Origin: a virus | Lineage: Duplodnaviria; Caudoviricetes | Direction: 5' to 3' (one strand) | Length of the DNA stretch: 64,000 bases | IMG/VR virus record: IMGVR_UViG_3300042549_000858 | Span: 918-64,917 of that record | Shown here: positions 29,537 to 37,100 of the stretch, piece by piece | Numbering within the stretch: position 1 is the stretch's first letter | Layout: each line of letters opens with the position of its first letter | Notes under the pieces: generated by a model | The model's input: the letters and a program-made list of their open reading frames with translations, nothing else | What the model was told of the DNA's origin: nothing | Database searches by the model: none | Program-made: the position numbers and the translations under genes

Positions 29537-29770
29537 TTACCTAAAATTTGCGGTTTTCTTAGCAACACTTTTTGGTTGCGCTACGAATTGTTTTCCGGCT
29601 TTTTTGCCAGCGCGTTTCGCACGCGTTGTTGCAGCATACTCAGCAGGGCTGAGACTTTTGATCGCAGCTTCTGGAAGGTATCGCTCACCTGTTTTACTAG
29701 ACGGTTTTCCACTTTTGGTTCTCCATTTTTGGTCACCCCAGTTTTTTAAGGACTGCTGTGGCGCTTTCAA
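29537..29770 (-). CDS. Small basic protein (DUF5872-like, second half)
   Basis: QQSLK.W..QKWRTKSGKPS..TGERYLP..AI..LS..EYAATTRAKR motif. Confidence 0.65.
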   Translation of the reverse strand: MKAPQQSLKNWGDQKWRTKSGKPSSKTGERYLPEAAIKSLSPAEYAATTRAKRAGKKAGKQFVAQPKSVAKKTANFR

Positions 29771-30042
29771 TCTCGGTAACCTCCGCCCGATGCCTTGTAC
29801 TTCTTGGCTACAAGCTGGGCCTTACGTGCTGACCATTGTCCCGCACCGGTACCTTGAGTTGCTGCGGCTTTTACCTGAGACACAATCCGCTTACGCAGAC
29901 TGGGTTTTGTGTAGTTGCCAGCGGCGTTAACTTTCCCACCCTCGGCGTACTGTGTGAAGTCGGTGTCATCCCTTCGGGCAGTCTTCTTGCCTTTGGGCAT
30001 TTTGGAAGGGCGCATAGCGCCCATACCGCGACTTGACATCAT
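29767..30042 (-). CDS. Small basic protein (DUF5872-like, first half) with YAEGG
   Basis: NYTKP.LRKRI..Q.KA...G..AGQWSARKAQ..AK.YK..GGGY motif. Confidence 0.65.
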   Translation of the reverse strand: MMSSRGMGAMRPSKMPKGKKTARRDDTDFTQYAEGGKVNAAGNYTKPSLRKRIVSQVKAAATQGTGAGQWSARKAQLVAKKYKASGGGYRD

Positions 30043-30354
30043 TTAGTACATCTTCCCACGGGTTTTCCCCTTAGTGCAACATCCGTCTGCACGAGCAGAA
30101 GCCGAACCACCTTTAGCGTAGGTGTCGCCCATAGCATTTGTTTTGCTAGTCTCTGTATCGCTTGACGGCGGCTTTGCAAAACCTTCTGCTGGGTTTCTAC
30201 CCGCACGTTCGGCTGGGGGTTTAGCGTAACCTTCAGCCTTTAGAGGCTTACCGTCAACGCGAATACCACTGCCGGGTTCTTGGGCCTTTACTTTCCCTTT
30301 AGGGATTGGCTCATCCACCGGTGTGGAGTCTTCGTATTTATAGTCTTTAGCCAT
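30043..30354 (-). CDS. Low-complexity late protein ending in the RADG..KGKTRG tail
   Basis: Start re-placed at MAKDYK; ends YAKGGSASARADGCCTKGKTRGKMY. Confidence 0.7.
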   Translation of the reverse strand: MAKDYKYEDSTPVDEPIPKGKVKAQEPGSGIRVDGKPLKAEGYAKPPAERAGRNPAEGFAKPPSSDTETSKTNAMGDTYAKGGSASARADGCCTKGKTRGKMY

Positions 30355-30356
30355 GA

Positions 30357-31079
30357 TTAACACATCCTTCCTTTGGTCTTACCTTTTTGAGCAATACCAT
30401 CAGCGCGTTTAGAAGCAGAGGAAGCCATGCCGCCAGAAGCCATCTTCTTGACTGCGCCGCCTTTTTTGAAGCCGTCTTCACTACCACGGGGGCGTATAGG
30501 TACATTGAACGCGCCAGCGAGGTTACGAACGCGGTCAACTTCAGAAGTATCACGCTCCATGCCTGTGGGGGCACGAGACACATAGTTACGCATACCTTCT
30601 TCGGTAGTGCTGTTGGCTTGTGGCGTACGGCGGGGCACATAGTTACGCATACCTTCAGCAGTCGTACTGTCTGCCTGTGGTTGGGTTGGCATAGTTACAC
30701 CACGGCCAGCGCCAGCCATTGAAGTTGTACGAGTACCACGACTCATACCAGCCTCAGCATTACGAGGATCACGGGGACGAGTGCCACGACTCATACCAGC
30801 TTCATCGTCAGCAGAAATGGTAGACCTAGAACTGGGAGTGGGAGTGGGAGTGGTTGCGCGTGCGCGTGAAGCCGTTGGGCTAGTACGGGGGCCTGAGTTG
30901 CGGTAGTTTTCGTCGGGTTCTTTCTCAGACATGCCAGTATCTCTACGTGGCAAGTCCTTGATACCTTCAAAACCTTCGGTGTCCATACCAGATGTGTCCG
31001 AACCCTTCTTGCCTTTAGACAACATCATGCCCAAGGCTCCAAGAGCGGCTAACCCTGCTAAATCTTTTCCTCTTGCCAT
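30357..31079 (-). CDS. Disordered late protein with internal repeats and RADG..KGKTKG tail, 240 aa
   Basis: Start re-placed at MARGKD behind RBS AAGGAG; EAGMSRGTR twice, STT.EGMRNYV twice; ends RADGIAQKGKTKGRMC. Confidence 0.7.
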   Translation of the reverse strand: MARGKDLAGLAALGALGMMLSKGKKGSDTSGMDTEGFEGIKDLPRRDTGMSEKEPDENYRNSGPRTSPTASRARATTPTPTPSSRSTISADDEAGMSRGTRPRDPRNAEAGMSRGTRTTSMAGAGRGVTMPTQPQADSTTAEGMRNYVPRRTPQANSTTEEGMRNYVSRAPTGMERDTSEVDRVRNLAGAFNVPIRPRGSEDGFKKGGAVKKMASGGMASSASKRADGIAQKGKTKGRMC

Positions 31080-31089
31080 GATGTGCTCC

Positions 31090-31602
31090 TTAGCAATATT
31101 TTTTAGCCATGCCGCCCTTGGCGAGCATTTTACCTTTAGTCTTACCTTTAACGGCAACACCATCGGCGCGAGAAGAAGCGGAACCGCCAGCAGCCATTTT
31201 CTTCATGCCGCCTTTTTTCATACCCGCCATATCAGCCATAGGGGTAGGCTTTTTCATGCCGTCCTTAGCAGTACTCATACCGGCCTTCATTGTTGGCTTG
31301 CCCATTGCTGAAGGCTTTGCGTCCTTCTTCTTAGCCATCATTGCCATAAATCCGGGATTCATTTTTGTAGCCATACGGCCTCCTTGTTTAAAAAGTGCCA
31401 TTGCGCCATGATCGGTCTTTGGCTGGTTTACTACTTGACGATCTGCTCTAGTGCCACTGCCACCAGAGCCAAACTTCATTCCCTTACTCTTGTCGCTGAA
31501 CTCAGCGCCAACAGACTGGGGTACACCCACTTTCTTGGCAAACCCTTTGTTGTGGGCTACCGCGTCCATGAATTTCTTTTGTTTTTCACTCACCGCTGGC
31601 AT
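31090..31602 (-). CDS. Basic Met/Lys/Gly-rich late protein, 170 aa
   Basis: MPAVSEKQKKFM.AVAHN..FAKKVGVPQSVG.EF N-terminal motif; five xxxGG motifs; RADGVAVKGKTKG tail. Confidence 0.75.
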   Translation of the reverse strand: MPAVSEKQKKFMDAVAHNKGFAKKVGVPQSVGAEFSDKSKGMKFGSGGSGTRADRQVVNQPKTDHGAMALFKQGGRMATKMNPGFMAMMAKKKDAKPSAMGKPTMKAGMSTAKDGMKKPTPMADMAGMKKGGMKKMAAGGSASSRADGVAVKGKTKGKMLAKGGMAKKYC

Positions 31603-31783
31603 CTTTGTTCCCCTTGCGGTTGAACCAGCCTTGTACCGTATTGGTTTCCCAAATACGAATACCCACCCAAATAATACTTAGGATGGCGGATAGTGAAGGT
31701 AGCATTTCGGTAAGTGTTCCAATAACCGTGATGAGCGACAGCCCATCAATGAATTGTTTAGCAGTTTCGTGGTTATCAGTCAT
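31586..31783 (-). CDS. Small membrane protein, 65 aa
   Basis: D.LS..TV.GTL...LP..A.LSI.W..IRIWET.TVQ; hydrophobic, holin-like in size. Confidence 0.65.
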   Translation of the reverse strand: MTDNHETAKQFIDGLSLITVIGTLTEMLPSLSAILSIIWVGIRIWETNTVQGWFNRKGNKDASGE

Positions 31784-31784
31784 T

Positions 31785-32096
31785 TCAGCACATCCTGCCT
31801 TTAGTCTTACCCTTTTGGGCTATACCGTCTGCGGAGTTCACATACCCACCATCAGCGCAGTTCCACGCTCTAAGGCTCTTGTTGATCCTAGAGTTCGGGT
31901 CGTTCGCTGTTTTTGCGGATGTCAATTTCTTTTTCATCCCACTCATACGGGCGCAAAAAGAGTCGCGCCTTGAGCCGCCCTCGGGTTGCGGCGGTTTCAA
32001 GTTGTGCCCTTCGCGTTTCGCAGAGGCTCGGCCCTTGGCGTTCAGCCCGCCGTTGGGGTTCTTGCCTTCTTTGCGAGTCCATGCGGCACTAGCCAT
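31785..32096 (-). CDS. DUF6321-like small basic protein with an appended ADG..KGKTKG tail
   Basis: AWTRKEGKNPNGGLNAKGRAS...RR.SFCARM.G...DPNSRINKSLR.WNC followed by ADGGYVNSADGIAQKGKTKGRMC. Confidence 0.7.
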   Translation of the reverse strand: MASAAWTRKEGKNPNGGLNAKGRASAKREGHNLKPPQPEGGSRRDSFCARMSGMKKKLTSAKTANDPNSRINKSLRAWNCADGGYVNSADGIAQKGKTKGRMC

Positions 32097-32373
32097 AGAA
32101 CACCGTAATAGATGAGCTAGTTGGTAAGACTACATAAAACCCGTTTTCAAACAAAACGCCTTCTGCGGGAATTAGCGTAGCAATAACAGCAGTGTTAGTT
32201 GTAACGTGCAGGGTTAAAGAGTTCCTACCAGCATTTGTAGTAGCGTTATCGTAAAACTGAATTTCTCCAGCCGTGCCACCGGGGGCTACTTGATAGCCAC
32301 GAACTCTGGTTCGACCCGCATACCCTACACCACTTGCGTCTAAATGGACGGCTTTTACGTCGGTTTGCATCAT
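32089..32373 (-). CDS. Small virion/capsid-associated protein
   Basis: MQTDVKA...IP.EG.LF..G.YV......ITVFYG motif; RBS AAGGAG. Confidence 0.7.
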   Translation of the reverse strand: MMQTDVKAVHLDASGVGYAGRTRVRGYQVAPGGTAGEIQFYDNATTNAGRNSLTLHVTTNTAVIATLIPAEGVLFENGFYVVLPTSSSITVFYG

Positions 32374-32382
32374 AATCAATCT

Positions 32383-32413
32383 CCTTGTTTAAAAACAAGG
32401 GGCCGAAGCCCCT
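32383..32413 (-). terminator. Intrinsic terminator (UUCG hairpin) overlapping an RBS-sequestering hairpin
   Basis: Minus strand reads AGGGGC-TTCG-GCCCCT-TGTTTTT. Confidence 0.7.
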
Positions 32414-32421
32414 AGGACTGA

Positions 32422-33111
32422 TTAGTCAAAGTTACCGTATGGGTAAGTTGTAGTTGTACCGATGTTGCCATCAGGCTGTGTATAGCGGATTGTGAAGTAG
32501 TAAGTACCACCGGTAATCGCCACGTTAGTGCCGTTAATAGACGCTACTGTGAACACAACTTGCGACAGGTTTGGCTCGCCGTTTATCTGAATGATATCGG
32601 TAGAAGTTGCTTGCTGGTTAGCCAACTGAGTTGCAGTAAACGCATTGAATGATTGACGACCCACTGCTGGAGAAGTTAATACTGCTGTTTGTGCGTATGT
32701 GCAAGTGCCTGCGGCAGCAACATAATTGTTGCTTACGTTAACTTGGACAGAAGTCAAAGTACCGCTTGTGAAGGTGGTGACAACGCCAATGTCAACAAAC
32801 ATATCATTGATTTGGCTACCTGCGGGGAGGTAAGCAACATAACCACGGTACACGGTAGCAGAGTCAGCAGGGATGCTGGTTGCGGTCAGTGTGGTAGAAG
32901 TGCTTGGCGTGTAAACAGTTGCTGAACTGTTAGGGATGCCGTTTGAGGCAATAAAAATACCGGAAGAGCCACCATATCCAGCAGTGTTTGCTGTGGTGTT
33001 AGCAATGTTTAGGGTTGCAGTTTGTACTAAATCTACGTAACCTACGTTACGAAAATTACCAAAACGCTGTGTGCCAGATAGTACTGGGCCTTCAAATGTG
33101 GAACGTGCCAT
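32422..33111 (-). CDS. Capsid decoration / minor head protein, 229 aa
   Basis: MARSTFEGPVLSG start, LPAGSQI.D..VD motif; follows the MCP gene. Confidence 0.65.
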   Translation of the reverse strand: MARSTFEGPVLSGTQRFGNFRNVGYVDLVQTATLNIANTTANTAGYGGSSGIFIASNGIPNSSATVYTPSTSTTLTATSIPADSATVYRGYVAYLPAGSQINDMFVDIGVVTTFTSGTLTSVQVNVSNNYVAAAGTCTYAQTAVLTSPAVGRQSFNAFTATQLANQQATSTDIIQINGEPNLSQVVFTVASINGTNVAITGGTYYFTIRYTQPDGNIGTTTTYPYGNFD

Positions 33112-33125
33112 GACAAAAAGTCCTT

Positions 33126-33192
33126 ATGCAAAAGTAACTCTACCAATCGTTGCATCGTCTGCTGGGGCAGTCCGGTAGAGTCAATCACCCAG
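33126..33192 (-). ncRNA. Pseudoknotted RNA downstream of the Mu-gpT-like capsid gene (candidate Mu-gpT-DE motif)
   Basis: Interleaved stems on the minus strand: CTGGG/CCCAG, GACTCTACCGG/TTGGTAGAGTT, ATGCAA/TTGCAT. Genomic context matches the named motif; not verified with a covariance model. Confidence 0.6.
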
Positions 33193-33200
33193 ATGTTTGG

Positions 33201-33228
33201 AATATACACCATATTTCTATGATGTCAA
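33201..33228 (-). promoter_or_regulatory. Sigma70-type promoter for the post-capsid genes
   Basis: TTGACA-16 bp-TATATT on the minus strand, directly after the MCP terminator. Confidence 0.65.
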
Positions 33229-33229
33229 T

Positions 33230-33258
33230 AAAAAAGGGGGCTTGTGACCCCCTTTCTT
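33230..33258 (-). terminator. Intrinsic terminator after the major capsid gene
   Basis: AAAGGGGG-TCACAAG-CCCCCTTTTTT on the minus strand. Confidence 0.85.
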
Positions 33259-34170
33259 TTAGTATGAACCTGAAGAGGCAAACATGCCTAAAGGATCAGA
33301 CCAGCCGAACGAATAACGCTCGCGTGCCTTGTAGCGCACGTTGCCAGTATCGAAGTCACCGTCCATGCTGTTTTGCAACGGAGTACGGATAAAGTGCTTC
33401 AAACCGTTAGGTACGTCAGTTGTCAAGAACCAAGCGCTGGTGTCGGTCAAGTAATGGTTAATGGTGTATCCCTCTGGGATCGCGCCATTATTCTTGATCG
33501 CGTTGATGTCGTTGTTGTTAGTACCAACGCGGAGGCTGGTTTCTAACAGACGAGTAGCAACGAATTGCAGTGCTGGTGGGATGATCAACTTCTTAGGCTT
33601 AGCAGCGATCAACAGTCCACGCTCATCAGTCCAAGCAGCGATCTGGATAACGGCGGCTTCCAAGGAAGTCTCGTTCAAGTCGGTTTGGGTAGATGGAGTG
33701 TTGGAGTTGACACCGCCTGCAACCAAAGGATGAGCAGTAGAGAACAAAGGTTGACCGTCGCCGCCTGTATACAGACCAGAGAAGCCATTGTTCAACACGG
33801 CAGCAGCTTTGATCTGCTTGGTGTAAGCCATAGCACGAGCCAAACCTTTGGTGTAACGAGCAGACAAGCTGTCGTACAAGTTATCTTCAATCGCTTCTTC
33901 AGTGATTGAGAAACCCAAAGCAATGGTTTCGTGGTTGTAGCGAGTTGTCCATGCCTCTTGAGCATTATCATAAGCGATGGCTGAACCTTCGTTTTTGACT
34001 GGTGCGGCAGAGAAGCCAGACAGTTTAGTTTCTTCTTCGAACGAACGCTCAGAAGTCTCTGTTTCATAAATCTCTTTATGCTCTTCGCCGTAGCGAGCAT
34101 ACTCGAGACCAAACAAAGCATTCAAGCCGGGAAGGAGTTCTTTAAGTAGTTGTGCGCGTGAAATAGCCAT
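33259..34170 (-). CDS. Major capsid protein (Mu gpT-like, HK97 fold), 303 aa
   Basis: MAISRAQLLKELLPGLNALFGLEY, EEAIEDNLY, GGDG.PLFSTAHP, DFDTGNVRYKARERYSFGWSDP; strong RBS and terminator. Confidence 0.93.
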   Translation of the reverse strand: MAISRAQLLKELLPGLNALFGLEYARYGEEHKEIYETETSERSFEEETKLSGFSAAPVKNEGSAIAYDNAQEAWTTRYNHETIALGFSITEEAIEDNLYDSLSARYTKGLARAMAYTKQIKAAAVLNNGFSGLYTGGDGQPLFSTAHPLVAGGVNSNTPSTQTDLNETSLEAAVIQIAAWTDERGLLIAAKPKKLIIPPALQFVATRLLETSLRVGTNNNDINAIKNNGAIPEGYTINHYLTDTSAWFLTTDVPNGLKHFIRTPLQNSMDGDFDTGNVRYKARERYSFGWSDPLGMFASSGSY

Positions 34171-34183
34171 TTGTATTTACTCC

Positions 34184-35014
34184 TTATGCAATGCTGGTGG
34201 CAGCGTAATACTGGTGTTGACCGAAGTTCAACTTAACCAGCAACTCTGGGTACTGTGCAAACACAATAGTCGAACTAGCAGCAAAAGCGGCTACAGGAGC
34301 TTGGTTTAACACAAAAGAAGTTGCGCCAGCAGAGGCTGCTGTATCAACAAACGAACCCGAAGGGATGTACTGACCGTTAGTAGCAAGTGAACCAACGTCT
34401 GTACCTACAGGCAATGCGAAAGGCAAAGCAGAGCAGGTAACAGTAGCGGTAGAAATGCTAGTGTAGGTAACAGAACCCAAGGTCACAACGGTGTCAGGCA
34501 CTAAGCCCAAAACACGGATTGGCAACGCGTCGGTAGTAGCGGGTGTATCGCTAGGAGCTAACAAAGCGTTAGCAGAGTCGCCAGTATTTACGTTACCAGT
34601 GTTGTTGATCATTGCCAAGTTTTGGCCGATCATGGCGCGAGCGCCAGAAGCAACAGTAGTACCAGTATTACAAACGACAGCCTTGAACACTGTGTCAGGG
34701 TCATCACAAACGATAGCAACTGCATCGCCAGCCGTTGTTGAAGCGGGCCAGTATTGAGCAAATTGCTTTTGTTTGGTGGTTGGGTTTGTGTAAGAACAAC
34801 CCAAGAAGACACCTGTAACAGTACCAAGAGTACCAGTGGAAACAGACAAGCGCTGTACATTACCACGGCTTAGACCAACGAGGTCACCGTAGAAAATGCT
34901 AGTCGAATATCCGTATGGGATCGGATATTCGCGGGTAGAACCTGCAAATACCTGACCACCGATCAAATTGATCGGCTTTAGCCCATATGGGGCGTTAACA
35001 ACGGGGTAAGCCAT
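34184..35014 (-). CDS. Capsid cement/decoration protein, 276 aa
   Basis: APYGLKP...IFYGD.V...GVF.GC.YT...DDPD..F motif; immediately upstream of the MCP. Confidence 0.75.
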   Translation of the reverse strand: MAYPVVNAPYGLKPINLIGGQVFAGSTREYPIPYGYSTSIFYGDLVGLSRGNVQRLSVSTGTLGTVTGVFLGCSYTNPTTKQKQFAQYWPASTTAGDAVAIVCDDPDTVFKAVVCNTGTTVASGARAMIGQNLAMINNTGNVNTGDSANALLAPSDTPATTDALPIRVLGLVPDTVVTLGSVTYTSISTATVTCSALPFALPVGTDVGSLATNGQYIPSGSFVDTAASAGATSFVLNQAPVAAFAASSTIVFAQYPELLVKLNFGQHQYYAATSIA

Positions 35015-35035
35015 TTAAGACTCCTTTAAAAAGAT

Positions 35036-35497
35036 TTAAGTACCAGAACCAAATGTCACTTTTGTCGATTTTTCGGAAAACTTCGACATCCGTGGATCAC
35101 TGTCTCTCATGAAGTTGTTATCTACAGATTCCATAGTGTCTTTGTTAACCTTCGCAAAGTGAGCTTCGCGTTGCTTCAAAAACTCCGACGGAATACTACA
35201 GAGAACCAAACCCCCCACCTCAATGTTGCCTTTAAAGCGACCGTCGGTAGAAGCGTGCAGCATCATTTCAGGATAATCTTCTGCTTTGCAGGGTTCATAT
35301 CCTTCTCTTAACTTACCAGAAATGTTTTGCACATCGGATACACCCAACATGCTGGTTCTTACCCAGCGGTGTGTAATACCCTCGCGCGGATTAGGTGACG
35401 GCAATATCTCGGGAGCCCGCCATGCTGTAGGGCGGTTAGTTACAACGCGGTTTTCCAACTCGCGGCTCAATCTGTTTTGTGCTTTATCCATAATCAT
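35036..35497 (-). CDS. Conserved head-module protein, 153 aa
   Basis: LP.P....G..HRWVR...REGYEP...IEVGGL.LC motif; lies between scaffold and cement genes. Confidence 0.7.
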   Translation of the reverse strand: MIMDKAQNRLSRELENRVVTNRPTAWRAPEILPSPNPREGITHRWVRTSMLGVSDVQNISGKLREGYEPCKAEDYPEMMLHASTDGRFKGNIEVGGLVLCSIPSEFLKQREAHFAKVNKDTMESVDNNFMRDSDPRMSKFSEKSTKVTFGSGT

Positions 35498-36489
35498 TCA
35501 CCTCGTGTAAGTAATGCAACCTGTTTAGCGTATTGTTCTGGGGTAATCCCTAGTTTACGGGCTAACGTAACTTGAGACTGCTTCAGTTTTATACGACTTG
35601 GCGGTGTGCTTCGTGAGGCCGGGGCCACTGGCGAAGAACTTGGTTTTTGTGCACGGCGGGGAGTTTCCTCATCTGCCGGTTCTGATGACCTTTTTGGAGG
35701 CTCGTCATCTTCCTCGTTGCTCTGAGTATCGAAATACTCAGGAAATCTTTTTCGCATGGTACTGTCGATTCGCTTGAAGTAATCATCTGTACCAATATAG
35801 TCCGCACCATACTCCCTTTGCAAACGCTTGTCAAGCCCCATAGCAGCCATAGTCATTTCATCATCGGCACCAAACCAATCACTGTTGCTATCTAGCCACT
35901 TTTTGGTCTTTGGACTTACTTTAGTTTCTGCGGGTTGGGTAGCGGGTTGGAACTGACGCTCTTCAACCTCAATCGGCTTCATACCTTCGGCTTTGTCAAT
36001 TTTCAACGTGGCTTTGGCAATGTCTTTTTGCGCGGCTACAAGCTCATCGGCGTTGCCAGCCTCATACGCATCCCGGTAGCGTTTTTCAGCGGCATCAAGT
36101 TCTCCTTGGGCTGCGCCCTTAGACGTCTCAATGTATGCTTTACTACCAGTAGACAACTGCTGCTGCAAACGTTTGTTTTCTTCAAACACTTGCCGTGCAA
36201 AATCTTCCGCCGCTTGGCGCTCACGTTCAGCGGCTTCTTTGGCGCGTCGTTCGTCGTGGTAACCACGTGTGAACTTCTTGATACGCGCTTGAACCTTTTC
36301 GTCGTACGAAGCAAGTTCGTCTTCCGTTGGGTCTTCGGGGGGCGTAGCAGCAGGTTTACGTCCACGGTCTTCGGGTGGCGTATCGTCTTCAATTTCTAAT
36401 TGGAAATCGTCGTCCTTTTTAGCCTCGGCTTTCGCTTTATCAGGATCGGGTAACTCGTAAGACTCATCGTCAAATTTTGGTAATGCCAT
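35494..36489 (-). CDS. Capsid scaffolding protein, 331 aa
   Basis: Acidic N-terminus (IEDDTPPEDRGR), coiled coil, W...N.WFG, C-terminal LARKLGITPEQYAKQ helix. Confidence 0.8.
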   Translation of the reverse strand: MALPKFDDESYELPDPDKAKAEAKKDDDFQLEIEDDTPPEDRGRKPAATPPEDPTEDELASYDEKVQARIKKFTRGYHDERRAKEAAERERQAAEDFARQVFEENKRLQQQLSTGSKAYIETSKGAAQGELDAAEKRYRDAYEAGNADELVAAQKDIAKATLKIDKAEGMKPIEVEERQFQPATQPAETKVSPKTKKWLDSNSDWFGADDEMTMAAMGLDKRLQREYGADYIGTDDYFKRIDSTMRKRFPEYFDTQSNEEDDEPPKRSSEPADEETPRRAQKPSSSPVAPASRSTPPSRIKLKQSQVTLARKLGITPEQYAKQVALLTRGE

Positions 36490-36502
36490 GATTTATCCTT
36501 TT

Positions 36503-36913
36503 TTATGCAGCACGGGTAATTCCGCGCGGGTCTTCGACAACGGCTTCGACCGAATCATCATTGATGATGCGAAATTCTCTACCGTGAATTTTCAAGCGGG
36601 TGCCTGAATTGGGGCGCACGATGACGAAATCACCTTGCTTGCAGCGGGCACCACTAGGGAACCGCGTCTTGTCTTGATATGCCTCTGGGCCTAACTTCAC
36701 AACAAATAGTACTGGGGTCAGTACTTCTTCGTAGTACATCGTCTTACTGTCTTTAATCAGCCCAACTTCACTATCAGCATATTCCTCCATCGCCTCTGGT
36801 ACTACGCAAAGCAACATAAAACCAGAAGGATCGGGCAACTGTTTGGCTTTCTCTTCGGCAGTCGTGTTGAGAATGCCAGAGAGGTCCACAGCGGATACAT
36901 CAAACTCACTCAT
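36503..36913 (-). CDS. groES: Co-chaperonin GroES-like protein
   Basis: LP.P.G..LL, VVKLGP.AY.D..RFP.G..C..GDFV, G.EFRIINDDSV.AVV; start re-placed at MSEFDV. Confidence 0.85.
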   Translation of the reverse strand: MSEFDVSAVDLSGILNTTAEEKAKQLPDPSGFMLLCVVPEAMEEYADSEVGLIKDSKTMYYEEVLTPVLFVVKLGPEAYQDKTRFPSGARCKQGDFVIVRPNSGTRLKIHGREFRIINDDSVEAVVEDPRGITRAA

Positions 36914-37100
36914 CGGAATACTCCATTTTTTGCACGAGGTCTTTGACAAGTTGTTCTGCATGTGTCAGACCCCGGATGACACCGCAGACATGCCGATACT
37001 CGGCGAAGTCTTTTGCACCTCCTCCTGCGAGGAAGGAAACTTGATCACCACGGAGCTTGTCGATCTCCGAAGCTAAATACCCAAATGTTTGATTGCTCAC
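36906..37100 (-). CDS. Small head-module protein, 64 aa
   Basis: L..G...DFAEYR..CG.IRGL motif; lies between portal and GroES. Confidence 0.75.
   Translation of the reverse strand: MSNQTFGYLASEIDKLRGDQVSFLAGGGAKDFAEYRHVCGVIRGLTHAEQLVKDLVQKMEYSDE

Noticed and set aside
31380-31394. TTTAAAC as a -1 frameshift slippery site
   Set aside because: In this ORF it is read TTT AAA C, not in the required X XXY YYZ phase; it is better explained as an RBS context.
33126-33192. HDV-like (theta) ribozyme
   Set aside because: P1/P2 nesting is superficially similar, but I could not place P3/L3, P1.1 or the J4/2 catalytic C, and there is no adjacent tRNA.
25694-35026. Identical 18-mer AGCCATTTAAGACTCCTT at the starts of two structural genes (about 25694 and 35009)
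   Set aside because: Explained by a shared optimal RBS-spacer-ATGGCT context; there is no independent sign of regulation.
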